A stretch of 63,354 nucleotides of DNA, the filler included, from Pelomyxa schiedti (lineage: Eukaryota; Protista; Evosea), in the NCBI GenBank assembly GCA_020536535.1. It is 8 parts of 8 records of this genome, joined end to end, with 100 filler letters (N's around TTAATTAATTAA, not from the genome) between each part and the next. Parts side by side here need not be neighbours in the genome. Positions count along the whole stretch, not along the records: positions 21,391 to 25,107 come from JAHLWZ010001697.1; positions 25,208 to 52,281 come from JAHLWZ010001035.1; 6 more parts are not named here. One strand, given 5' to 3'. Shown piece by piece: positions 24,301-37,381 of the stretch. The translations under genes and the position numbers were made by a program. The notes below the pieces were generated by a model. That model was given only the letters and a program-made list of their open reading frames with translations. It made no database searches and was not told the origin of the DNA. Each line of letters begins with the position of its first letter. Within the stretch, counting starts at the first letter, position 1.

Positions 24301-25107
24301 TACAACTTCCGCACCTCACCAGCCACACAAGGTTGCAGTGACACTGGCGTTTGTTGGTGCATTGTCTTCATCTCGCGGCCAATCTCCGCTCAAAGCAGTG
24401 CATATTTTGTGGGTAAATCTGATCATGGTGTGTGTGCTCTTCAAAACTAAATAATAAAAATCGTTTGTTAAAAAAAGAGTATTTTTTATCCTTTTTTTTT
24501 TATCTGCCACAGACTACCATGGCTTCTCTTGCCCTGTCCACAGAAGCACCGGACCGAGCCCTTCTTAAATGGCGACCTTACAAGAGGGATGATTCCCTCA
24601 TCACTCACATGATGTGGTGGAACATTGGAACTCAAGTGCTGTTCCAGGTAAAACAAATTTCCAATCGTCGAATTAAAGAAGAAGCACTGGTTGGTTGTGA
24701 CTTAATTATCATTATCTTAGATAATTGCCGGCCTCATTGTTCTCTTCTGTGGACATACTATCTTTGGTGTCGAGAAAGAGTCAATTGAACACTTTACAAT
24801 TGTATTCAATGTCATTGTGTTATTCCAGCTGTTCAATGAAATAAACTCGTCCAAGCTGCACGGAGGTTTGTTATGCCCGCCACTGAAATAGATTATATAC
24901 ATTTCGGCTGCTTGATTTAATTTAATTGTAGAAATCAACGTGTTCACTGCGTTTTCCACAAACCCAATCTTTGTGAGGGTGATTTTTTCCACACTGTTGG
25001 TGCAGATCTTTCTTGTTCAGTTTGGAGGGTACCGCCCCATTCCCGTAAGTAAGATTCTCTAAGTGCGTCGTCACAGAATTTTTGCCGGCACACAACCTCT
25101 ATCACTT
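21391..25107 (+). CDS. P-type IIB (PMCA-like) ATPase homologue with degenerate catalytic motifs; partial at both ends
   Basis: GWIEG, VGDIV, VVAVPEGL, LAYSMVKMLKEKNLLRRLEDCETMG, GIKDPVRPEV, ARECGIL, RKFLQF, LWVNLIM, QLFNEIN; ~20 short introns. Confidence 0.93.
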
Positions 25108-25764
25108 NNNNNNNNNNNNNNNNNNNNNNNNNNNNNNNNNNNNNNNNNNNNTTAATTAATTAANNNNNNNNNNNNNNNNNNNNNNNNNNNNNNNNNNNNN
25201 NNNNNNNCTCAGAACTAAACGGCTAGTACTATAATCATAACGTTTCTAGTGTATCTAGGCACCACAACACGCCCAATCCCCCTGTGTTAGTATCAGTTCT
25301 AAACCTCACAAAAAAATGCATTTTTTTTTCTTCTTTTCCTTGGTTTTTCAGAGCAGCTTCCGTTTGTTCTCCCACTAGTTGTCGTACACATTGGGCACTA
25401 TTCCTATTCTACCTTGCCCCACGAACAGCGCCACAAGTTGGTGGACGTGGAATTCTGGTCAATAGAAATCACTGCTGGTGACTTGGATGGACATGTGGCT
25501 GTAAAGGGAGATGACGGTTCCTGTTATTCTCTCCTCTAGTGTCTCTACTTTTTCCAACCCTGAAGTATGTTCGTAACTTTTTTTTTTGAAATGTTTCAGG
25601 GAAAAACCAAATTTGGCCTCTTCAAAAAGATAAGGACAGGCGTAGCAATCTAGTGTCACAAATCCTAGTGTTGTAGACAATGACGAACTGGAGGCCAACC
25701 ACATAAATAAAACTTACATCAAGCACTTCAACAACGACAACAATAACCAATCCACATAAAAAAC

Positions 25765-25980
25765 ATGAACCCTTTCCCCAACACATTCCCGACATCTACG
25801 TTCATGCCCCCCATTCCGCCCAATCAACCCCCGTTTGTGATCCTTGTACCGGTCCCTATCTACATTGCTGCTCCCACTCCCCAGCCAGCAGAGAGGCGTC
25901 AGGAGTGGACCAGGGACCCAGACAGGGACCACAGGGACAGGGACAGGGATGGATACAGGCGCTCCTCTGGTGGGTACTGA
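25765..25980 (+). CDS. Possible small Pro-rich / RD-repeat protein
   Basis: 71-aa ATG-initiated ORF with biased composition; no homology recognised. Confidence 0.3.
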   Translation: MNPFPNTFPTSTFMPPIPPNQPPFVILVPVPIYIAAPTPQPAERRQEWTRDPDRDHRDRDRDGYRRSSGGY

Positions 25981-26193
25981 GTTTGAATCCCTAGAGGTAA
26001 CTCACCTTTGGCTTTTCAGTTATAACAACTAATAATACCTTTCATAGGACTGTTGCATGACCAAGCACATAATTGGTGTCCAAATTGATTGTTGCATGTC
26101 CAACCACATTCTTGATGTCCACTCAAAATAGAGTTGTTGTTTCTCAACCCATATGTTTTTTCCAAATGTTTTATTACTGTCGGACAGTGCAGT

Positions 26194-27978
26194 TCATGGT
26201 TGTGTGTTGCAATGAAGATAGTGCAGCAAATTAGCCACCACCAAGCAGTTAAGAGAATTTCCAAGGAGTTGGTACTTTTTCCTTGTTTGCATTGTGGGAG
26301 GAAAGCGGAAACTATCTGGGAAGCAGTGAAGTCCTTGTCAATTGTTAATATTTGAGGCATACAACGAAAGAAGAGAACAAACGCGTACTTGCAATTTCGG
26401 AAGGTGTGAAGTATCTGATCTGGCACTTAGGAATAGAAACAAGCGGTTGTACAAACCTTAATCCAAATTCATTCAGCCTTTCAACGTCTGTAACAATTTC
26501 AGGGTCATTCCTCCCATCGGGAATAACAGTCTGTATAACTGAGCCAGTGCCCTCCACAATCCTGGTGTACCCCTTTGTAAAGCAGCAACAACTCAAGCTG
26601 TTCTTGTTCACAATATCTGTAAAAAGATGTTAAGACATATCAAAGTAGGTGTCATACCAAAAAGAAGTCCCTTTTTCATTTGCTGTGGATTGATGGAATA
26701 TAATTCCAGGGGTGGTGGAGGAGAATCAAAAAAATCACCCAATGCACGCAATGGATTACAAGGGAGAAGACAACAAGCAGGGGGCGGTTGGGTTGACACA
26801 GTATCATTCAAGTTAGAATGGGAAAAGTTGAGTGGATGTCTTTTGGCCTGAAGTAAATAAAATTATGCTGGAAAAGGAGAATGTAAAAGAAACAAACCAA
26901 TAGAAAATATCTAAGACGTTGATTTGGAATGCCAAAATTGGCAGGGGACAGCAGGAATTCTTGAATGTGGTACCCTGTGGTCCGCAAAACTTCCACGAGT
27001 TGATTGCGGCTTGCTGAGCTCTGTATGTGAATGGTAAGAAGAAATCTTGGTGTATAACTTCCTCACTTGAAAGACTTTGACATTTTCGAGTAGAAAATAG
27101 TTCGGTTTATTGGTACAATGGGAGAGTACGCTGGTGAGTGTAATCAGACTTCGTGCTCTACTATCAGCAAGATCAAGCTGCTTCGCTACAGATGTGTGTT
27201 TAGAGTTGTTGAGCATGCAAGAAGGCATACACATAACACAGGAGTTATATGGTTGACAAGGTGGGCTCTGTGAAATGGGCAAAGTTAATTCCTGTACAAG
27301 GTATAATACTATAAAATGGAGTTGTAGAGTTCACCATAAGCCACGTGTCAGCCCCTAGGTCATCAAGATATTGACAAGTGATGCTTTCAAGATTTTTCTT
27401 CAAAAAAAAAGTGTTTGCATGTTAAAGTACGCAATAACGATGTGCGTAAAAAGAAGTCAATGATAAAGTAATACGTTGTTTACAGTACCCCCAAAGTTTG
27501 TCTCATAAGTCATATTTGCAGACTGGTCTAGGAGAAGGAAAACTTATGTTAAGTGCTGAGAAGGGGAAAAAAAAAACCCTACCCGATAAGCAAACAAACC
27601 TATGTCGAACGGCAAAAATGTAACATGTTCACTGTGTAGATCTACGCGTCCACATGATGCGTATCTGGCCGCACTAGTCACGTCTGGCGGTGGTGTCGCA
27701 GATTCGGGTGGCGGCGCCGTGCTCGTAGACGCAGCAGCAGTGGTCGTTGTTGTATTTGTTGCAAAACTACTACTACTTCTTGTGCAATTCGAAGTGTCAG
27801 GCGTTGTTGTCTCTGTGTTTTGGGTGCCGATTGCAGTGGTCGTATTGGCAATGGAACGAGGCGACCCACAATTGCGATTGCTATGCGAGGAGGCGGCCAA
27901 GTTCCACGCGTGGTGCATGCCGCCAATTCCACTGTAAAATTCCAACACGACCCTGCCGTTGCTACGACCAGTCGCCAT
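26194..27978 (-). CDS. TRDMT1: tRNA (cytosine-38-C5) methyltransferase DNMT2
   Basis: VLEFYSGIGGMH, SPPCQPY, LLENV, SPANFGIPNQRLRYF, the DNMT2-specific CFTKGY...EGTGS, and QLLGNSLN. Confidence 0.93.
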
Positions 27979-28000
27979 GCCCGCCCCAGATTTCGGCAAA

Positions 28001-28091
28001 TGGCTGAATAAAAAAAACACCAGACCGCCGATCCTGAGCGACGATAACGAAAAGTACAGCGTTCCGGTCTGTTGATTATTTTATTCAGCCA
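28001..28091. repeat. Palindromic element A with 13-bp inverted ends TGGCTGAATAAAA...TTTTATTCAGCCA
   Basis: Visible inverted ends; lies 22 bp upstream of the DNMT2 ATG. Confidence 0.85.
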
Positions 28092-28774
28092 ATTGTTCGG
28101 GCAGTCGTTCTGCGAATCACTGCAGTGCACCAGACCTTGCGCAAATCCATGACTCGAGTAACTATTTGACTACTTTGCATTCATTTGTTTGAACAAAGGC
28201 CAACACTCAACAGCAACAATACCGCATCCAAACGCAGGGGAGACATTTCCGCGTGGAACATATACCCAGCCGACTTGGGCAACGAGTTGGAGGTGACTAA
28301 CCTGCTTGGGCGATTTTCACCAACGGATGTGGAAAAAGCTCTACTGGATGGTTGCTATAGGTTTGTTCAATTCTTCTTAGCCTTTTGTGCTCGTACTGTA
28401 GTGGGATATTAGTACTAAAAGAGAATGTAAATGAGTCGAAGCATGCACATAACAACATGTTATATTGTCCAGTCACTAATTAACACTCAGAGTGCGGGCA
28501 CAGATGCGCTGGCGCTGCCCAGACAACCAAAATAGATTCAGTTGCCTAATCAGTTTCGCAACTTGTTCTGTCGCGTGGAGGGCTTTGGTCCATAGACACT
28601 TCTTTATACAGTATAACTCTGAGCCGTGGAAAATCTCCCTACTTCCCAAGTCTGAAATCTGTCCATATCTGAGGCAACAGGCCCAACGGCCCCAACACCT
28701 CATTGAAATGATTACCCCCCACCCTTGGTTCTAAAACGAGCACCTTTGCTGACTAAATTTTCTCTTCTAAGATC

Positions 28775-28918
28775 CACCAGGCCGAGACTGAGCGACGATA
28801 ACGACAAGTACAGCGTATCTTGGGTCTGTTGTTTTGTCGAGTTGCAGATCATCATTTGGCTGAATAAAATAATCAACAGACCGGAACGCTGTACTTTGGT
28901 GTTTTTTTTATTCAGCCA
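28775..28918. repeat. Diverged core copy (28775-28831) plus element B (28857-28918), an internally deleted reverse complement of element A
   Basis: B matches the reverse complement of A apart from a ~29-bp internal deletion; lies 16 bp upstream of the predicted helicase ATG. Confidence 0.85.
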
Positions 28919-28934
28919 ATTAATCAAAAAAGCG

Positions 28935-31900
28935 ATGTGTGCGGCACTTGAGAAGTCTTCAGCGGCGGGAATGCGGTTTGATGTAGATCTGCACATGAGA
29001 CTCATTGAGATGGAAAAGGCAGCCGAGTCAGACGCACTTACGGCTGCCCTTAAAACCCGATCTACCAAGGACATGGAGGACTCCGGTTTGTGTTGCAGAA
29101 AACTAAGACCAAGTCACTCGAAAACCGGTGTGTTTTTTTTTTTTGAGGTTTTTTTTGTTACAAACTTGCACCACAAGGTTTGTTTGGAAGGTGTCATGTG
29201 AAATTTGAACGGTTAACGACAGAGAAGATGCACACAATTTCTCCAGGTTCTTTCTCTTTTGTTTTTACCTCCAGATTAATGTTTTTTTAAGGTGATATTG
29301 TAGCTGTGATGACACGTGGGCAGGTGGCCTCATTTGCTGCACTCAGTGGTTTTACATAATATTTATAGTATTGCCTCTTAAAAAAAGAATCACAAGGTTC
29401 GAAAACTGCAGCCAGTCCTTGCAGTGGGGTTGTATCCAAATCATCTCAAGATGCAATCACAGTTGCTTTTGAAGAAACACCCGAGGAATCTATTTTGAAT
29501 GCAGTATCTGTAAATATCTTCAAGATGGGGAACGATGTATGGAGTTCCATGTTTCCCTGATACACCTCCCTTCTGTTGAACAGGTCACCTATTCACGGAT
29601 GCTACGTGCTCTATCCAAAATCAAAGCTAGAGGTAAGAGCTCCCATTTATTTCCCATTTAACCCGCTTCGCTGGCAGAAAACCTGAACCCAATGCACCTG
29701 GCTTTACTTGGTGATAGCCCACCAACTTTCTCACTGTCCCCACCTGCACTCTCACCATTCATACGGGAGAACTTAAATACATCTCAAGTATCCATAAATT
29801 ACCAAACAAAAAAAAAACCTAAACAGCACTTTAACATTAGCACAGCAAGATGCTGTGCTCTTTTCTCTTGGGAGTCAGGATTTTTGTATGATTCATGGTC
29901 CTCCAGGGACAGGTCTCCATCTCTATGCATGTGGGCATCTCACTTAACAACGAGAAGGCAAAACAACCACCGCAGTGGAATTCATATTACAAGTTGTGTC
30001 TGCAAGAAAAACTGTGTTATGTTGCGCTCCTTCAAATATTGCTGTGGATAACATTGTGGAGGCCTTATCCCACTACATAGTAAGTTATTCTTGATTCTTC
30101 TGTTACTTCTCACCACCTGTTCCAGCCAGATAAAATAACCAGAATTGGACATCCAGCACGCGTGATGGAAAATCTTGCCAGGTTTTTTTAGGCTTCCAGC
30201 ATTTTTTTTCTTTCTTACCATTACAAAGATACACTTTAGATTCTCACCTGTCATGCTCAGATGAAAAGCAAGTCATTTTCGATGTTAGAAAAGAAATTTC
30301 ATCCACAAGAACCAAGCTTGTTGCTGCAACAGAAAGTTCACTCAAAAGGAATCTAAAGAAAACATTACACGAATTAACACAAGAACTGCGGTGAGTTTCC
30401 TTTCCTCTGTACCCCAGTAATTCTGAAAAAGAAACCGCGAACAAAAAGTTGTGCAATCTATCTTGAATGAAACGTCGGTCGTCCTGGCAACCAGTAATAA
30501 TAGCTTTTCCACTTTCCTTTCTCCACCACTGAAATCAATCTTCAAGCCTCGGGCAGCGGGGACAAAATATTAGAGGGTAGAACCTTTGATTGGGTAAGAT
30601 CCTATTTCCATATATAATTCATCAAACCACCCGTGGAGGTTGTGATTGATGAAGCAGCCCAAGCCCTGGAGGCAGCTTGTTGGATACCAATACTTTCCGC
30701 TCACAAGGTAGGAGGGGAGGGGGCGGTGGGAAGAGAAGAGACCTTAGACGTTGCAGTGCCTTCTTGCGGGTGATCATTGTCAGTTGCCTCCAACAATAAA
30801 ATCGAAAGAGGCTGAGACTGTAAGCATTCCTTAAAGTGCAATGATGATCTTAGTCTGTCCTTACAGAAAGGCTTGGGTGTCACCCTTTTTGAAAGGCTCC
30901 AAAAGAATTTTGGGAACCAAAAATCGAAGTTACTTGCCACACAATACAGGATGAATGCAAAGATTATGGATTGGGCTTCAAATGGTTTCCTTTGTTTTCC
31001 CCAATGAAGGCGCTTAAGAAAAAAAAAAATGCATTTAGAAATGTATGATGGGAGACTAGAATCAGATAATTCTTGCACATACCACCTTTTGATGGATCTC
31101 CCTGGTTTGTTCAAGGTTATTTTTTTTTAACTGAAAATTCCACAGATGTTCAAGAGATGGAATTGACAGACTGCCCTATGTTGTTGGTTGATACCGCTGG
31201 GTTTTCTCTTCATGAATCTCTTGACAGTCACAGCGAATCTAAATACAATGAAGGGGAGGCCTCAATTGTCGTTCACATCGTTCAGGTTCTTCCTTTCCTT
31301 CCCACAGGAGTTGGAAAACCAAAACGCAGGAACTTCAAGAAGCCGGAGTGCCACTCAGTGAAATTGGCATCATTACCCCATACTCTGCACAGGTAAATCT
31401 AATAAGAAAGCTTCTAAGTGATAAATCACGTGAACTGGAAATCAGTATGCCAATCACATTGTGGAATCCATACCCATGTCAAGGAAGGTTCTGTTGATGG
31501 TTTTCAAGGTCGTGAGAAGGAAGCCATTATTATATCCCTAGTCCGCAGCAATCCACACCCACACGAAGTCGGTTTTTTATCTGAATATAGAAGGATGGTA
31601 CGAGCTTGCTTGGTTAGATACCCTTCTTCTGACTACCCACTTTTAGAATGTTGCCATTACTAGAGCAAGGAGGTAGTAGTAATTCTACATTCCCACTTTT
31701 TTCCTTTTTTTGCGTTTGACTGGTTCTCAGGTTCGTGAGCTTAGTGTGTGACAGTGAAACAGTTGGTTCACATGCATTTCTAAAGAGGATGGTGCAATAC
31801 TTTGAAGACAACGCATCTATACACTCTGCTGCCGAGTATTTGGCTGAGATTACACCGAGTTTACCTTGCTCCAATCCACTAACTACACAACAACTGGCTT

Positions 31901-32605
31901 CCAAATGTCCTCCTAAAAGCACTCATACACGTGCCTCTTTAAAACCCCATCCACAGCCCGAGCAACAAAACGATTCAAACCCTGGTCTTTGGCTTGATAT
32001 GTTGCATCAGTTTGCGAATTCTAGCAGTGATCATCTTGACTTCGCTTCACTCACCAACATGCAGCGCAAGCAAATCCACGAACTCGCAGAAAGTGCGGGC
32101 CTGCAACACTGCAGTTTTGGAAGTGGGGAAGCAAGGGTGATCAGAGTGACCAAAAGGGGGGAAGATACCACGACAATTACGCAAGAACCACCAACAACAC
32201 CAGGTCAACAAGCAACGTTAGCACCAGACTCCAAAGAGCCAACCACAAATAGTTCTGCTTATACTTCTCAAACCATTGTGGACAGTAAACTGCGCACAAG
32301 TGTAACCAGTGTCACAGAAATTGAAAAGGAACAGGAAGACCACCAACCACGTGAATCCATCTCAGAATCATTCCCAGAAGCTCCTATTCTCTCTCATGGT
32401 TCGTCAGAAGAGTCAAATGAATCAACAAATACAGCCACTGTTACAGAAGTGATTCAATCTGCTGGACACGTTGATCCAAACTCTCAACCTCAACATGATG
32501 AATCTCCAAGTTGCGAACAGTCAGCGAAACCAGTGCAAGAAATTCCACCCGAGGAAGCAAAGCCAGCAACAACAGCCTCAGCCACAACTTCAACCACCGA
32601 TGCAA

Positions 32606-32658
<53 letters not shown>

Positions 32659-33355
32659 GCAGCAGCAGCAGCAGCAACAACACAGGGGTCACCTTCTCTG
32701 CCACATGCGACAAAGAAGAAAACTCATCGAGGTAGGAGGTCCCAGAAATCACAGAAGAACGGTATGCTATCTTCACTCCCTGACATCCTGTTGACTGTTC
32801 CTTCCAGAAATGGACACCCATTCTGAAAAAGAAAACTCGGGCAGTTGCAGCCACCCATCCAGTGGCATCAAGGTCTCCATCACTAAGAAGGTATTGACTT
32901 GTTGTGGGGAGAAAAGCTCCGAAAAGTATTTCCACTCACCTCGAAACAGGAACCAATGGGTGCACCCGCTCCTCCCCATGACGATTCCTTGTGTTGCTAC
33001 TCTGGGTGCGTAAAAAAGGTGGAAATGCTTGGAGTCCAGTGCAGATTCTGTCATCGAAAGTAACTGTAAAACCAGACCTCATTCCTTTTGGAATAACACC
33101 ATATCCAGGTTCTGCTATTCACACTGCCAAGCGGAAGTCCACGGCTGCGGACCCGAAGCCAGACTCCAAGCGCGGCAGCAGTTCGATGAACAAGTAAAGG
33201 CCTCCAGAAAGACCAAGCCTAAAACAGTGGAACACAACAACACACAACCGTCAACTCCACCAAGAGACCACAAAGCACTCCAAGCAGCACTTCACCAGAA
33301 AATGGACTCTGTCAGTCACGGCAAGAAGCCCGAACCAAAGAAACGTGGTAAATAA
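28935..33355 (+). CDS. IGHMBP2: IGHMBP2/SMUBP-2-like SF1 helicase with R3H domain and AN1-like zinc finger
   Basis: [58 protein letters not shown]; R3H RKQIH; [13 protein letters not shown]. Confidence 0.93.
32602..32680 (+). repeat. Coding (GCAACA)n/(GCA)n microsatellite encoding poly(TA)/poly-A
   Basis: Visible within the helicase linker exon. Confidence 0.85.
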
Positions 33356-34014
33356 CAATAAACATTCACTACTTTTCAGGAGTGTGCATTCGCTCCTTTG
33401 GATTTTCTTCCTTTTCCAAAAGGGATTCTTTGCATTCACAGAGAAATGCTAGTGACATCTGTGAGACCCTGGGGGAGCTTGGTGGTTCTGAAGCTGAAGA
33501 TTCTTCCACGCGCGGCATCCGTTTGTTGATTGCAGTCAGAGTGTCTTCGGTAAGATTCACTGTGAAACCAGTGGCAGAACTATCATTGTAGACCATGTGA
33601 CTTGTTGCAGCAGGTGCCGAGTGGCTGATGGGAGCAGATGTGGACACCAGCCGGGGTAGTTGTACGTGCGTCCTCGCTCCCCGGATATTTAGTTTGCCTT
33701 GGTCTTTTTTCCCTTTGGCATTGGCTCAATGGGCGCGACAACGGCTTGGGCTGCGTGAAAATGTTCTTATGCAGTTCCACCAGCAAATCGGTCGGCTCGA
33801 GCCTCGCACTGCATTATGGGGCTAGAGTTGTGTTGACATGATGTCACCCCTCTAAATGTCCTCCAAGATAAAATGGAAGACTACGACTGGTCAAAGTGGC
33901 AATACCCTCAATATCCACAGAGTGCTTTGACTGTGGTCAGTTGGTGGAGAAGGACTGAAACGACCAACGAATTCCTGTGATCACTTTTTTTTTTCCTCTT
34001 CTTTTTTTTCTCCC

Positions 34015-36901
34015 ATGAGCAAGGCGCCGTCACGCACCCCGCTAGTTGCTTCCCGCAGTTTCGGGCCACCCGCCAAAGCCAACAACACCAACATAGTTTC
34101 TCCGACCTCGTGCTCCCCGGACGCCACGCACGAACACACCCGCAACACCGTAACCGTCAACAGCAGTACCAACAACAACAACAACAACAGCGTACTAGTC
34201 AGGTCGTCTTCCTCCAACTCCATTGTGGGGGGCGGCGGAGGGGGCGCAAGCGGCGGCGGCGGCGGCACGCCGTTCCCCCGCATCCGCGTCACGTTCTCCA
34301 AGCGCGAGCCGCCGTCGGTGGTGGTCGTCCCCTCCCCGAGCGAGCCCGGCCGCGCGGCGAGCCCCAAGCCCCCCGCCGCGTCCGCCCCCGCCCTCGGCCT
34401 CGCCTCCGCGGCCGCCGCCGCTGCGGCCACAACCGCGGAGCCGGCTGTCCACTCCCCCTACGCGAGCAGCGACGCACCCGGTGGCGACGCAGTGCCCCCG
34501 CAGCGGAAGCGACTGAGGGCGGAGAAGGGCGGCGGAGGCGGCGGCACCACCAACGTGAGCAGCACGACGACGTCGTCGTCGTCGGGACTGACGCCATTGG
34601 GGCTCAATGATGTTGGTGGCGGCGGTGTTGGCATTTCGAACCAATCGTCTACTTCTATTTATGGCTCTGGTTCTAATGCTAATTCGGCTGCTGCTAATAA
34701 TAGTACTGTAGCGGCTTCTGGCTCTGGGAATTGTGTTGTGGTTCATGGCACAACGGGGGGTGGTGAGGTGAAACCATCGTTAAAAATCACTGTGCGGCTG
34801 CCTCCTAAGGCTAGTACTAGCAGTCTCCCAGCAAAACCTGCTGCCGAGATTGTTGTGCCCTCTGTCCGCACTGAGGTCGTGGAATCCTACCCTCCTTTTC
34901 GTTTTTTCTTTCCTTTTTCGCCCCTGACATGGTTATTTTTAAATTGCAATATTCACAGTGTGATGTACCGGAACCTGTGAAAAAACAAACCCAATCCTCT
35001 GCAAAGCTGAGAAAAACAGCAATCATTGCTGATCACAACACCTCCCACAATGCACACCGCCATAATTCACGCACTCCCCACACTCGCAAAGACCCAGAAC
35101 CAGAACCAGAACTAGAGTCAGAACCACTTAATGAAGAACAAGATTTATGGCGAAGGATTCTGCTTTCTATTACCCAGGACGAAGATGCAGACCCGTTTTT
35201 AGAAGTGCAATTCCTTTCCTTTATTCTCTCTTCTCTCTTTTTGGTCCCTCTTTTTCCTTCCCTTAGTTGGGGGTTACTGTTAACTTTGCATCACTTTGCA
35301 TCATACAGCCGGTAGATCCAGTCAAGTTGCGGATCCCAGACTACTTTGACGTAATTAAAAACCCAATGGATTTGTCAACTGTGTTGAGGAACCTTGAATC
35401 TGGGAAATATCAGAAACTCAAGCAATTCTGTTCTGATATGGATCTCATTTTCAATAACGCCAAGTTGTACAATCCACCTGGTCATGCCGTGCATGTTGCA
35501 GCCCAGAAATTGCAAACTCTTTTTTATGAGCGCGTCAAAGTGAGAAATCTACTTGGAGTAAAATGCAAGGCCAATTCTAAGGGTCCACTACTACCAAACG
35601 CTTCAATCACTTCAGATTCCCAGAGATCAACAAAGTTCACTGTTAGGGTTAATAGCAAGACTGAGGAACCAAAAAAGCCTTCGACTCCCGCACCTGAAAC
35701 ACTAAATTCAATTCCCATACCACTGAAAAAGGTCACCCCTGTTCCTGCACCAATCAGTGTGAACTCCGCTGAAGAGCTTCTGTTTCCAAAACCTCCAAGA
35801 TACTCCAAGCACTCACCCCCAAACAACAGCACATCCCACCCCCCATCTCTACCTCGTAGTGCAGTTCCCCCACCACCCCCAATTAAGGGAGTAGACCGAG
35901 TAGTTGTAACGCTACCGCATCTTCATGAGATTCCAATCACCTTGATAACTCCAGGTCACAGGCAACACACAGGTGGTCTGTCCCCTGCCAACGCTCAGCT
36001 CTGGACGGAGGCACTCTCAAAGTTCTCCCCCAATGTTGGTTCAGGCAGAAAAATCTCTGCGATTTCACCAGATACTGATCACTCTCTCAACGCAACATGG
36101 AAGAGGTTTCAAAATCAACTACACCAGCAACACAACTTGCGTGCAAAACGTGCATCAATAGAAAAAGTGGACGAGCATTCAACGGGCCACATATCTCCAC
36201 CACAATTCACTCCGGTAGCACAGAGCGTGTCTCCAACTGTGGTTCCAGTATCTGGCTCACCAAACCAAATTGTAAATCCACCCTCCATTCCAACCACAGA
36301 ACAAACAGCTACGCAAAGTGCTCAAAATAGTAGAAGACCTCTTAATCCTCTCCCTCATTGTATACCCGAGGGTCTCCCATTACCAACAAGGAATCCACAT
36401 CCCACAGCAACCCGGCCTAATGTACATTATCCACCACCACAGCAACACCAACAATCACAACAACAACTGCAAAATCCCCCACCATATTCCTATCCCTATC
36501 CCAACTCAAACCAACGCCCGTATGGACGCCAGCGCCGGCCTCCAAAGTTCTACCCTCCTGCACCTCCAAATTCATTTCCGCACCACCCAACCGCCGCACC
36601 TCTGCTGCAAAAGCCGCCGTATAATTCAGCACCTCCTGTGTCTGGTAAGGTAGCACCAAGCCCGACTCCCAATTCAGCAACTTCAAACACGAATGATGAG
36701 TGGCAAAAGCGCCGCGAGCAAGAGCGGCTCAAACGCGAGCAGCAGCGGAAGTCTGTATCGGCTCTTGATCCAACAATAACAGCAGAACTGTACAGTTTCG
36801 AGAGAGAGCTGGCTGACCAAGGCAGGCTGGGGATGAATGAAATGGGTGCACTGGTTGCTGGAGGACTTATAACTACTGAGGAAGGTGAGATAGTGGAGTA
36901 G
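34015..36901 (+). CDS. Single-bromodomain protein (BET/GTE-like)
   Basis: [31 protein letters not shown]...LIFNNAKLYNPP with the acetyl-lysine-binding Asn intact; long low-complexity flanks. The 3' end may extend to ~37000. Confidence 0.88.
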
Positions 36902-37381
36902 GGTGAGAGCAGGTTTCCCAAGAGGAACCGGTGTGATAGTATAGTTGGATTTTGATGAAATGGGAGAAGCTGGAGAAAAAGATGGACAGGATTTGTACTG
37001 AGAGTGTATTAACCCAAACACCAAACCACTCAAGCACAGAAATACAAATAAACACCAACATAGGGAAAAAAAAAGGAATAAGCTTAACCTCTACCCAAAC
37101 CCCACCACTGAGGTTGGTATGAGCAAATAAATAAAAGAAAAACCAAAACATCAATAATTCCGTTCGGCTTCATCGCCTTCCACACTTCTTTTAATTTTCT
37201 TTGCAGAAACGCCCCCGGTAGCTTCAAACCAAGAAGAAGCAGGGGCGAAAATTGCCAGATAGCAGATTTACACCCAACACAAAGCCCAAGAGTGAAAGTG
37301 CACACCCACCAAGAGCGAGAGAGGCCCTGAGAGACCAAGAGGGGAAACACACAAGCGAGGGGGCGACAAGAAAAGAAAAAA

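Noticed and set aside
26194-33355. Methyltransferase plus helicase as a restriction-modification or defence system
   Set aside because: Both are ordinary intron-containing eukaryotic genes (DNMT2 with its CFT motif; IGHMBP2 with R3H).
33369-33840. Small minus-strand ORFs between the helicase and bromodomain genes
   Set aside because: No recognisable domain and no convincing start or splice model.
33981-34746. Several overlapping antisense ORFs in GC-rich stretches (also 10039-10695, 37252-37945, 57247-57852)
   Set aside because: Shadow frames of GC-rich first exons, which are naturally poor in stop codons.
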